This document shows positions 25,000 to 36,168 of a stretch of DNA of 64,000 nt, piece by piece (positions within the stretch are counted from its first letter, which is position 1; every line of letters starts with the position of its first letter). Made by a program: the position numbers and the translations under genes. The stretch covers positions 66,836,001-66,900,000 of the forward strand of contig NC_042997.1 in the NCBI RefSeq assembly GCF_006345805.1. The letters are read 5' to 3'. The stretch is from Octopus sinensis (Eukaryota). Below the pieces are notes generated by a model, which saw only the letters and a program-made list of their open reading frames with translations, had not been told where the DNA came from and did no database searches.

Positions 25000-26358
25000 G
25001 TTAAGCTATTGCAAAAACATTTTTTAAGTTCAATACATAGAAAAACATATTTGTATGTTGAAAACCTAAGATATACCTTGGCTTAAGTTGTTCTTGATTA
25101 TACATTGGGTTTTCAAAAATAATGTATAGAAAAATAAAAATCAAGTTAAGTCTTATTGCACTGTAGTTCCAATATCTACCGTTAGGTGTTGTTGTCACTC
25201 GTGATTTTCATGATAGTTTTGAATTCAGATTTGTTTAAGTCTATTTATCAGCTACTTTCTCATTCTCATGTGACTATTTTTTTCCCCCATGGCTCCTAAG
25301 AAAATTCATAGTGAAATAATTGCTATCTTCAAGCATTACTATATGAAGCATACACTGTGGGAAGCAAAAGCTGCAATTGATCTTGATGAATCCATCACAC
25401 TTCATAACTTTTGGAAGAGATATATCTACAAGGCTATACAAAACATAGCAGCAGTATGGAATGTACAAAGCACGGCTATGAATGGTGTATGGAAGAAGCT
25501 ATGCTTGCAATTCGTGAATGATTTTAGGGGGTTTGATAATGTTGTCATCAACAAAATGTTGGTGTCTACAAGCAAAGAACTGGAAATAGATTTGGAGGAG
25601 GAAGATTTCACAGATTTATTTGAAAAAGACAAGCAGCCCCTGATGAACGAGGATTTGATAGAGCTTCACGAGCAGCAAAATAAAGAAGTGGAAGCCAAAT
25701 TTGAGCCACGTCACTTTACCATTAATAAAATGCAGCAAGTATTTGCATATGTCAAAAAAAGTCTTTCTATGTTCAAGGATATGGATTCAAATGTTCAATG
25801 CTTTTCCAAGAGTATGGGGCTTGTCACAAAGCTTTTGCTTCTTATAATGTAATCTTTGAAAAAAAGAAGACAGTTCAAGGAACTCTCAACTGGTTTTTTA
25901 AGCACATTGAACAAGAACAGCCAGAGTCAGCTGTTGATGTTTATGATCCAGAACCACCTACATCCGTGATGTAAATCACTAAATTGTATGTACGTATTGA
26001 TAAATTTAAAATAATTAATTTTTTTTATTATTGCAGAATAATAATAATTACTGAATTTGTTTTTTAAGCTGAAAAAAGGCTATTATTTTACCATGTCTTA
26101 TTGCAAACCGCAAAGCACCGCCAAATTGTATTTGTAAATTTAGATTACGTTTTCTTCTACTGTACTGTATTAAAAAATAAAAATTATATGTTTGTAAGCT
26201 TAAAATAGGTTTTTATTAACCATGTATTATCAAAATGTGTTCATAAATAAAGTACAGAACAGGGAAAGGTTATTATTGGTTTAGCTTAGAGACAAGTTAA
26301 TTCGACTTAAGTACATGTCTCCTGGAACCAGTCAATGACGTAGGGTGAAGTATGCCTG
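25000..26358 (+). mobile_element. Tigger/pogo DNA transposon relic (DDE_1 C-terminal half, ORF 25289-25852)
   Basis: IIAIFKHYY..TL.NFWK..AIQNIA..W..MNGVWKKL..FV.DF.GF. The right TIR reads ...AGTATGCCTG followed by TA. Confidence 0.9.
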
Positions 26359-26425
26359 TATATGGTAAGAAAAGAACATTAAAACAGTAGGGTAAAAACT
26401 GGGTTTATTACAAAATTTCCACAAG

Positions 26426-26531
26426 TCACATGACAGGTAGTGAATTGATCCGTTGCAAATTAATTGGTTTGTCCTCAGGATTCATGCAATCTATCATATA
26501 CCTTTGCTGTAAAGGACCAGGAGAATATGCA
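26426..26531 (-). CDS. Candidate terminal exon of an uncharacterised minus-strand gene
   Basis: Acceptor TTTTTCATTTAAG, then (t)AYSPGPLQQRYMIDCMNPEDKPINLQRINSLPVM*, with AATAAA at 26404-26409. Phase 2 matches the donor at 27279. Confidence 0.55.
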
Positions 26532-27279
26532 CTTAAATGAAAAACAATTGATACAAATAATAACAAAGAAAAGAAAGAATGACTTCTTCATAGATATATT
26601 TATTTGAAAATTCATACAGATAGTAAATTGATATTAAAATATCTTCAAAAAAGGAGAAGAAATATGGAGTCAGTGCCAAATATGAATCAAATTTATTGTT
26701 TATTCCAATTGTATTTACCCATTGATATTATTCTTGTTGGGAACAACCTTCTTTTTGGTAAGTATTAATAGTGTATAAATTGATTTGTTCATTTGGCACA
26801 AGGCCATGTTTGCAAGATAAGTGAATGAATGAGTGAAGGAGCATGCTTTGATTTACCATGAAGGTAAATGGTACAATTATTGGAATTCAAAACTGAGAAA
26901 CATACAACAGCATCTAATCTGACAGTCTGCTTGTTTTCCATTCCCTCATTTTACATGTAGAGTGCATAATTAATATCGTTAACCTTTTTTATTTTATCAC
27001 CATCTCCTTGTACATAAAAACAAATCTTTATAAAGATGTAAAGGGTGTCTAAAAGAAAAGTAAACATACTTCAAATGTTTAATAGAATATCTATTAAGAT
27101 ATATCTGTGATTTATAGTTCAAATTAAAAAAAAGAACAAACATGTTGAGTCATCACAAGTCTTCAAACTGATGGTCATTCTAGTAATGACACTGCTGACA
27201 AAACAGGCCAATGGAATGGCAAACATTATAAATTATTTCAATTAGCACTTGGGTGCCTTCTCTTTACATGTCTACTTAC

Positions 27280-27475
27280 ATTTCATTGATTGTTGTTGGT
27301 TTTGAGCAATAAACTTTATGATTAGCTGTCTCCCTAAATGTAAGTTCACTGGAATGAGACCTGCTGAGTGCAGGAGAGTGAGAGAGGTGGGAGGAGGAAT
27401 TCGACATCCATTTGTTCAGAATATTTTCATTAAGACAGGCCCTTACATCACAGTGATGGTAGAGCAATGTTCTCT
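27280..27475 (-). CDS. Candidate penultimate exon of the same gene
   Basis: Open frame RTLLYHHCDV...KPTTINE ends at the consensus donor AT|GTAAGT. The acceptor is weak and ambiguous (TAAGAGAG). Confidence 0.5.
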
Positions 27476-27653
27476 CTTATAAATAAAACTTAACCACCCA
27501 ACACCCTTCTAATACATGGTATGACTGACTCTTACAATGAATTCAACAAAACGTCACCAAGCACAATGTTATCAAAAAGGAACAGTCCAGTTTAGCTTAA
27601 CACTGACAACCAGCAAATCCCTGGGAAGTTCACCTATCTCTCCATAACATGTA

Positions 27654-28550
27654 CACTGGGTGAAAAAAAAAAAACAAACCTACCCAGACAAATAGTGCTG
27701 TACCAAACTGAATAGAGTATGCTGATTCCGAATCTGAACCTAGAATTGCTGTAACACATCAGGATTTTGAGTTATGTGCATAATTATTATAATATAATGG
27801 TATGTAAGTATATTTATGTTAAGGGAATACTCACTTTATTTTTGATATGCTCACCTCAGAAATGTTTGAGACACTTGCTCTTGCACTTAAGTGTTGTATT
27901 GGTCTCCTGTTGTAGGAACCAGCAATAGTCATTCATCATGTGTGAATTGAACTGGCCTTGATACCTTCTTTCCATCTTAGATATGTCCTGGTTGAACCTC
28001 TCACCAAGCTCATCACTAACAACACCAAGATTTATTAGAAAAAAATTGAGATGAGAATGCAAGAAATGCATTTTAAGGAACACTCAGTACCCCATTCTTT
28101 CATATGATGTCAGCATATTGTTTATTAAATCAGCATAATTTTCAAGAAAGTTCTGTACAGCTAACACAAATGAATCCCATGCCATCAACTCAACTGGATT
28201 CAGTTTACCTCTGAATTTGCTATCAGACATCAATTCTCTGATCTCAAGTCCAATAAAAATGCCCGATTTCAGTTTTGTGTCACTTTTCTCTGCACCAAAT
28301 TTTACTTTCAGGTACTGAAAGCCACAACCATCATGCGTCATTGCTTTTTAAAAGTTTTTCATGAGGCCAAGTTTGATGTGAAGGGGTGGAAGGATAATTA
28401 TTAGTGACCCAGTCACAAAATTCAATTCTATAGTCAGGAGAGTATGGTCTAATGTTGGAATAAAACTCTCTTGAACAGTTCCTTTCATTGTGAACTGTGT
28501 CTAAGGTAAACAATGATTTGTTTTAAATTCTTTTTAAAAACATCTCCACA
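27654..28550 (-). mobile_element. Chapaev3 (CMC superfamily) transposon 3' relic
   Basis: HIKLGLMKNF, KSGIFIG, HFLHSHL.FF..NLG.VSDE.GERF.QDI..ME.RYQG..DYCW motifs. Terminus CACTGGGTGAAAAAA at 27654. Confidence 0.8.
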
Positions 28551-28596
28551 TTTCCAATAACAGTATGCTTTCTTAGAGCTTGTTATGTGCACCTTC

Positions 28597-28765
28597 AGAA
28601 TAAAACATCCAGCCCGGGTCACGGCCTTGGACGGAAGAAAGGTGTTCATCTACAAGCCTGGAGAAAAGGTGGGTGCTGACACCTACTACAAGATGCTGAG
28701 GTGTCATGTCTTGCTTGCCATGGCTCAAGGCCAACTACCTGGAGGGTAACTATGAGTGGACTCAA
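28597..28765 (+). mobile_element. Tc1/mariner (DD37D/maT-like) transposase fragment
   Basis: KHPA..DGRKVFIYKPGEKVGADTYYKMLR.HVL.PWLKANY.EGNY.WTQ, with frameshifts. Confidence 0.65.
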
Positions 28766-29569
28766 ATATTTATAAATGACAACATCAGAAACAGAAGTAT
28801 TAAGTGAGTTATAGGCTATAAATTTATGTAAATACAGTTTTGGGACATCTTGAAATAAGCCTAAATTAGAGAAAGCAATTCGGGTCTTACTGGAACCGAG
28901 AATGTTTCTAATAAGAAATAAACATCTCATCCTTAAGCTGTTGAAGTAATCGACCGTGTTTTCACATATCAGATTCTTGCCAGGCTTGCCTACAGGCATT
29001 CAACTTTTCATCATTCACCTTAATAAAACAAGTGATAGATTGACTGAAGGGGATGTTGATGATATGTATAAACTGTTACAGGCAAATGGTGTGTAACAGA
29101 ATTCTAATACAAAGATACTAATAGTGGGGAAGAAGGACTAGAAGGGTGTTCAGTATAAGGTATGAAAGTTATGACTAAGTGAGCAGTGATGAAAGGCGAG
29201 CAAGTGTGTCTTCAAGATGGAAGGGAGATGAATTCCATCAAGATCAGAAAAGCAGAGACTGTGCAAAAAGATTTAGACAAGTGACACAGCTTGATAATAG
29301 GTCAGCATTATTATAACGTTTGCATATTTGTTTAGACCAACACAAGGAATGTTGATTACACCTACATTAGAAAAGTGACTGCTGCTTTTACACAACGCTA
29401 GGAAATTTGAATGGGTTAAAAGAAACTACACAACTGGATTTTTCTTAGGCTGTTCTTTTCTTCTAAAGATGGGATTTTGCGTCAGAAATATATCCTCTCA
29501 AGTCATCAGTGGTGAAAAGTGACTTAAAGACCAGGGCATTCAGTCAATGATGAGGTCGATCACCAAGGC

Positions 29570-31400
29570 AGAGAATGGGGTAGTGGAGCTTTACCACCGC
29601 CCTGGAAAATTATTCCACTCTTCCCTCTGTAAATGTGATATGAACTAATTTTAATGAGAGAAAATGCATTTCTACCAACAAGCCATGCTTTAGGCTTGTT
29701 AACCCTCTCCATTAATAATAATTTGGCAACACACTGGCCATGATGACCTTTATTGGTTACAAAAGATATCTGAGAAAAAATAGAAACCGTATATAATGAG
29801 ATATTTAAAATTTATTTGTAAATCAGTTCAAATTTTCATTTCTTTTTGGCAAATTCATCAATCACTTTGCTATAGAATGTATCAGTACCACACACTAACT
29901 TCATCTTTTTCAAAAAGTTTGTGAATACCTCATAAAATTATTTACTTGCTTTAATGAATAAAATGATCTTTCACAGGAAGCAAATATAGCAGGTATGGTC
30001 AGAATCAGATGTAATAATTTTGTTATTCCAACTAGAGCTTGGTGTAGTTCAAGTTCCTGTATCATTTCATCCAGTAGTACTCTTTGAGCCATCAACTTGG
30101 CTGAAAAAGTTGAAATTTCTTTTAAAGTTTGAAAGAAAATTTGACATTCATGAATATTTGAAGCTGACTGTGAGAGCACTAAATTAAGTGAATGTGCATA
30201 ACAATGTACAAATATGACATTCAAATGCCCAGCCATCACGCTTGCTCCATCATAAGCTTGCGCAATAAATTTTTGGCCATAGTTGAATTTATTAACAAAT
30301 TTTCAAACTTCTGTCAATGATGCAACTCTTCTATCTTTGTTGACATTGACATATCCTAAAAACCTTTCTTGAGGCTTTTCTTTCTCATCAACAAATCGTA
30401 AAACACAATTGAGATCTCATTTGAAGGTCTGTAGTCTCATCAAACATAACAGCAACAAAGGTGGTTTTTTTTTTATCATTGCCTTAATTTCACCTTCAAT
30501 TGTAGCATATATACAATTAATTATCTTGTTTTGAATATTATTTGAAAGTCCAGAAAATGTGCAGTTGGCATTTTCTCTCATGAAATCTAGATGCAATCTT
30601 AAACAACTATCGTATTCTGCTACTGCTTCACATATAGCCAGCAAATTGTCCTTATTGTTTGATTGTATTCTTGAAATGAAAATTCTTAATAAACAAAATT
30701 TCAATACAATGAATTAACCGTTTCAATATTTCATGATTTTTCTTGATTGATCTATTATGCAACTGAACTGAATTTGCTTTCACGTGATCGATTGTTGCAT
30801 CAATTTGCTGTCGGCCAAAGGTTTTCAGAGCAATTATGGAATTCGGATGATTTTAAGATTTTTTGTGTCTTGTCAAATTGTTCAAATCACAGTAGCCGGT
30901 AGTTGTCCATGTGTTATTATGTTGACAAAATAACAGACATAGAAAACAGAATAAATTTGTTGAGAATGGGACATCCTATCATCCACTCATATTGTTCATA
31001 ATACTTGGAATCAAAATAACGATGACATTCCTTACTGCTCACTTTGGCTTTGATTTTCAATTCAAGCTTTGGCATCTCTCTTCCAAGAAAGATAATATTC
31101 TTCTTCTCTTTGAAGCTTCTTGTTGCAAAAGGTCGGAAAAGTAAAGAGGAAACTGAGCTAAATGACTCTTTTGCCATCTTGTGGGTCAATGAAAATGCGA
31201 AAAATGTTACTGGGATATAATTTTTTAAAACAAATCGAAGCTTTATTCTAACAAAAAATTTGGGTGTTAGTTGACTTTTTTTACATAACCATTTTTAAAA
31301 GATTTTAAATATTTAAAATAAAATTTTAAAGCAAATGCCTCCAAATTTTTTCGGACTGCTCCCCACCCCCACAACCTACATTTCTAGCACCCTACCACTA
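29570..31400 (-). mobile_element. hAT transposon relic (TTF zinc finger / DUF4371 / hAT dimerisation type)
   Basis: Fragmented ORFs 30917-31189, 30417-30704 and 29910-30239 carry SNNIQN.II, HCYAHSLNLVL and LTIP...ASCERSF..LK. Confidence 0.9.
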
Positions 31401-31559
31401 CAGAAACACAGACTTCTTTCTTCTGTGAATTTGACATAATTGTATTTCACAAATATAATTTAACCCATTTAACTCATTATTTTGCTGTTTTTGCAATATG
31501 AGAGAGTAAATTTACTATCTGTAACTACATTGTTTTCATATTTTTAATGTAATAGTTTT

Positions 31560-32600
31560 ACATTGTGCAGGGGTATCAGTTTCTTGGCATCAGGTTGAAA
31601 GGTGCTGAGAAGTTGTCTCACATCCCTGTGTTCAATAATTTTCAGTCTGCTTTACTTCACTTAGAAAGAGGCTGGGCAGCTGCACTGAAGCCCCACTCTA
31701 CTAAATATGATGTTGAGAAGACAATAAAGTACATCTAGACTTTGTTCCACAGTGCATGTAGCTGTCAGAAATGTCTAGTAAAAAATTATGGTATGATTCT
31801 TTGAACTTTAGCTTCATCTCAACGTCCTTTTAAAGTGAAACCAGTTCTTCCTCTATTATTTTTGTCTCCAGGCATGTTTCTGTGCATGTGAACAATACAC
31901 TTAAAAGTCATCTTCACGTTTACTTTTTACCTTCTCTATTTCAGAGAGGTTAGGAAACTGGAAGAACTCACAGTAACTTATGTTATATTTGAATAACTCT
32001 AACTTGGAAAGGCATGTGGAGATGGGTGATTTTATTTTGACAAGATTTAACCAAATTTCTAATCGTAAATTAACTTCAATGAACTTTGTGAATATATCTG
32101 CTATTCATGTCATGCTTGATGTTTCTTAGTTCACAGAGAACAGAATTAGAGTTTTGGAATAATTCAATAACTGTTTTAAAAAGGGATTGCAATAGTGGGG
32201 AATTGAGAACACGTGTTATGATTTTATATACTGCCTTGATAACAGAGCTCAATGATTTCTTTCATCTACCACTTACGTTATTTATAACCAGATGTGCTGT
32301 AAACAACACTAAGCATAACTTTTTCAATAACTGATGAAGCACTGATGACAACCTGCTATTGATGGTGTCCCATCTATTGCACAAATAAGAATATTAATCT
32401 GAAGGATATTGTTCACTCTGAAAAAAATCTGAACAACATGAAATACCGACTTCCCTCTTGTATCCTTTTCTAGTTGTCTTACAAATAATAGCTCTTTGAT
32501 GAAGCAAAAATAGGCAAGAAACACACTTTTGTTGCTTGACAAAAGGGATTCACCTAACTATAAGCTAATTTTGGTTGTACTAAGTATGTTGCATAACATA
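31560..32600 (-). mobile_element. hAT Charlie/Buster transposase relic
   Basis: ELLFVRQLEKDTRGKSVF, CAIDGTPSIAG and a C-terminal FSTSYLVEWGFSA. Confidence 0.75.
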
Positions 32601-32809
32601 TCTTCAATATTATAGAACTCTGTATTTTGGACCACTTATAACAGGCACTTTAAGAGAAAAAAAATTTTTGTACCTCTCCCTCTTCATTTTACTTTTCATG
32701 ATTGAAATGTCGGAAGAAAACCTTTAAAAAAAAAAACCCGAGAAATTCTGATTTAAGCACCCCCATACAACACCCTCATAACATTTTGATTTTTTGATTT
32801 TTCAGAAAA

Positions 32810-33125
32810 GTTTTGCAAATTTGTGTTTTATGCATGGGAATTCATACAATTATGCAAAAAAAAAAAAGTGTGATTTAAAGGGTGATTTGGCTGTTATTTT
32901 TAGTACATCTCATGACCACCTGATCCCTTCCTCATTTCCTTGTCACTGACAGAGGTGCATCATCATTCCATTAAATGAGAAAAATATTGAAAAACATCAA
33001 TACATGTCAGAGTGACAAAGAAACGAGGAAGGCATCATGTGGTTGTGAGATGCACTAAATTGCCCTTAAATCATACATAAAATTTTTTTTGTTTTTGTGT
33101 AATTAGATTTAAAGAATTGCAAAAC
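32810..33125. repeat. Foldback/MITE-like inverted repeat
   Basis: GATTTAAAGGGTGATTT..CATCTCATGACCACCTGATCCCTTCCTC..TGTCACT is mirrored by AGTGACA..GAGGAAGGCATCATGTGGTTGTGAGATG..CCCTTAAATC. Confidence 0.75.
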
Positions 33126-33583
33126 TCTTCACATAGAACAAAAGACAAAGTACCAATTATGGAAGATATGAGGAATTTCTTACTTTTAGTATAAAACTAA
33201 AGACTCAAGAGAACCATCAAGCAAAATAAAATACTTCAAAGTCAACTTGTAGTTGTTAAAACTGAAATGATTTGTTCAGTGAAAGTAGTCAATCTCACTC
33301 TCCCTGTATATATGTGTGCATGCACACACACGTGTGTAAATGTATATATATATATATGAGGGGCAAAGGGTTTATGTATACTTTATCATTTTTCTAGGAT
33401 AAATAAATTTTGTTGTCATGGATCAAGGTGCTTGTGTTAGGAGATTCAATTTTCTAGCAACATTTAAGCAGTAAGATGATGAGTTCTTATATAGAGTTAA
33501 AAACTCAGATATGTTGGTAATAATCATATAGTTCCCACTGGGAATTAAAATAGTGAAGCTGTTTTATTTTGCAGAAATCTTAC

Positions 33584-33637
33584 CTTGCATCAATTACCCG
33601 TGAATGAAAAAAATCAAAACACAAAAACAAAGAAATT
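33584..33637 (-). CDS. Candidate 54-nt internal exon
   Basis: TATAG| ISLFLCFDFFHSRVIDA AG|GTAAGA. Only one frame is open (phase 2 at both ends). Confidence 0.3.
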
Positions 33638-34161
33638 CTATAATTGGCTCATAGAACATGGTTGATATATTAGATCATAATGAGAATTTAATGAGAAACC
33701 ATAAATACATCACTGCTTTCCCAACCTCTCTCTCTCTCACTATATATATATATATATCTTTTACTTGTTTCAATCATTAGATCATGGCCATGCTGGGGCA
33801 CCACCTTGGAGAAGTTTTCGTCGAATGAATTGTCCCCAGTACTTACCTTATTATTTTAGGCCTGGTACTTATTCTACCAGTCTCTTTTTGCTGAGCTGCT
33901 AAGTTACGGGGATGTAAACACACCAGCACCAGTTGTCAAGCAGTGGTGGAGGACAAAGACACACACACACACATATGGGCTTCTTTCAGTTTCTGCTTTT
34001 GGTTGGCTTAAGATATAGTAGAAGACACTTGCCCAAGGTGCCATACAGGGACTGGACTCAGAACCATGTGGCTGGGAAGCAAGCTTCTTATCACACAGCC
34101 AATCCTGCAAGCACACACACACTAGTATGTGATACTCAACACATTTCATTGTAGTTATATG

Positions 34162-34338
34162 TATTATTTAATAGCAGTTGGACTTGGATCCATGCAATTT
34201 AAAGGACAGCAGGCTCATAGAACAAAACTAGCTTGTCAGGCATTGGAAATCTCCAAATGCCTGACAAGTTAGATTCGTTCCACAAGCCTATGAAACTTTA
34301 AGTTGCATGAAGCTGAGCGAAACTGTTTCCAAATAATA
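34162..34338. repeat. Palindromic ~180-bp hairpin element
   Basis: Centre CTTGTCAGGCATTGGA-AATC-TCCAAATGCCTGACAAG, with imperfect arms out to TATTATTT / AAATAATA. Confidence 0.85.
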
Positions 34339-35850
34339 TGTATATATAATTTATTTATTTATACACACTGACACATACATACACACATAGTTTATTCGAT
34401 AAGTACCTGACTTAACACTGGACATATATCCTGACGCTATTTTTATAATAGAAAAAGCCTGTTAAATGTAGATGATTATAAAAATGTAAGTTTAATGTAT
34501 TTTACTTTAAACAGATGATTTTTACAGATTTAAATGGAAATTGTAGACCATTGACGTATCATTAAGTATTTGGTATCTAGCCCAAAAAACAGAGGTAAAG
34601 CTCCATTGAATATACAGAGAAGATACTCCATCACATCTAACTGCAAAATATATTACCCAATAACAAAGTCATTCTGCAGTTCCTCTACCTGCCAGAAATA
34701 GCAGCCAAATTTTCCTAAAAATTAAAAGGATGCATTGGACAATGTAGTCCTAAATATATATATATATACAAAAATGATTGGATGGTCACAACTAGAATAC
34801 TTATAGTTATTATAGCTAATCCAGGATTAAGCAAGAATACTATGACAGAATATTAGGCTATTCAAAGGTAGAAGAAAGTTTGTAACTGATGAAGAAAACC
34901 TGGCTGACTAAAAAAAAACTCAGGAAACTCCCAAGGATTCTTTAGCAAAAATTCTAGTAGAGGAGCAACAAATTAACTTCAGATTGATTTAATATTAGTG
35001 CTGGCACAGTTTATGTAAACTTAGATAAGTTTCAGCCAGCATTGGTAGGCCATGTCTAACTTAATAGCACCACCTGGAAAAGACATTTAAAGGTGTTTCA
35101 TATGAGTCTTTCTTTGGGCACCATAGCACATTTGAGAAGCGAGGTATTATTTGCAGACATATATTGGTGGATAGGTGGTTAATCTGGAATTTGTTGGGGA
35201 TATTCACCCAGGAACTATTTAAATATTAGTGTATCTTTTTCTTTTACTATGTGTCTTGGTATGATGATAAAGAGATATTTTGGTATAATGAGATAACAAT
35301 GTTCGAACTGTTGTATTAGCAATTTACACACCTGGCAAGATGAAAAGGAAAATTACACACTGTAGAGTAGTTGACATTAGGAAGAGCATCCAGCTCTTGA
35401 AACCATGTCAAAGCAGTTATTGGAGCTTGGTACAGTCCTCTTGCTTTCCAACTACTGACATAGGTTGAACCATTCAACCCATGCTAGCATGGAAAATGGG
35501 CATTAAATGATGATGATAATGATGATGAAGTGCAGTCATTAAAACTCTACATCTCACAGGGAAGAACTGGACTAGAAACAGCCACAGATAAGCACTGATG
35601 CAATCAGTATGTTTTTCTTCATTATTAGGAGTAATTTTGCATGACAAAACTATTAATTTGAATGTAGACTACTGTAGAGAGTTACGAGCAAGTGTCAGGA
35701 GAAAAAGGATAACGTTCAGAGATGTACCATCCTATTTATATTGAAATATTTTGGCTGGTTCTGGAACACAGACTCACCAAAAATCACTTGTCTTCTTAAT
35801 TAATTTTCTACTTACTAATGTGGATTGTGGATGGCAGAATGTCTCTTGAT

Positions 35851-36168
35851 CAGTGGTTCTCAAACATTTTTTACCTATAAACCCCATTGATTACTATTTC
35901 ATTCTGGCAGACCCCACCCCACCCCATAGACATTCGATGCTTAAAAACTAGTTTTATAGATAGATACATCTTCCAAAATTCCTATTTTGTTTATCACACA
36001 TTCACTTGTCTAGACTGAACTTTGTAAAAGAAACCTAACTACTTCTTGCAATAAACACATCTAAACCAAAACTTTTTCACAAACCCTTAATATACTGTGA
36101 ATCCTCAACTTACTATTTTGCTTGTATGGACACTTTGTGGTCATATGAGCCATTGTTGAGAACCAATG
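35851..36168. mobile_element. hAT MITE related to 8312-8550
   Basis: TIRs CAGTGGTTCTCAA / TTGAGAACCAATG, degenerate 8-bp TSD CTCTTGAT/CTCTAGAA. Confidence 0.75.

Noticed and set aside
25289-25852. Domesticated TIGD-like gene
   Set aside because: It lacks the N-terminal HTH and most of the DDE domain, has a frameshifted end and retains a TIR.
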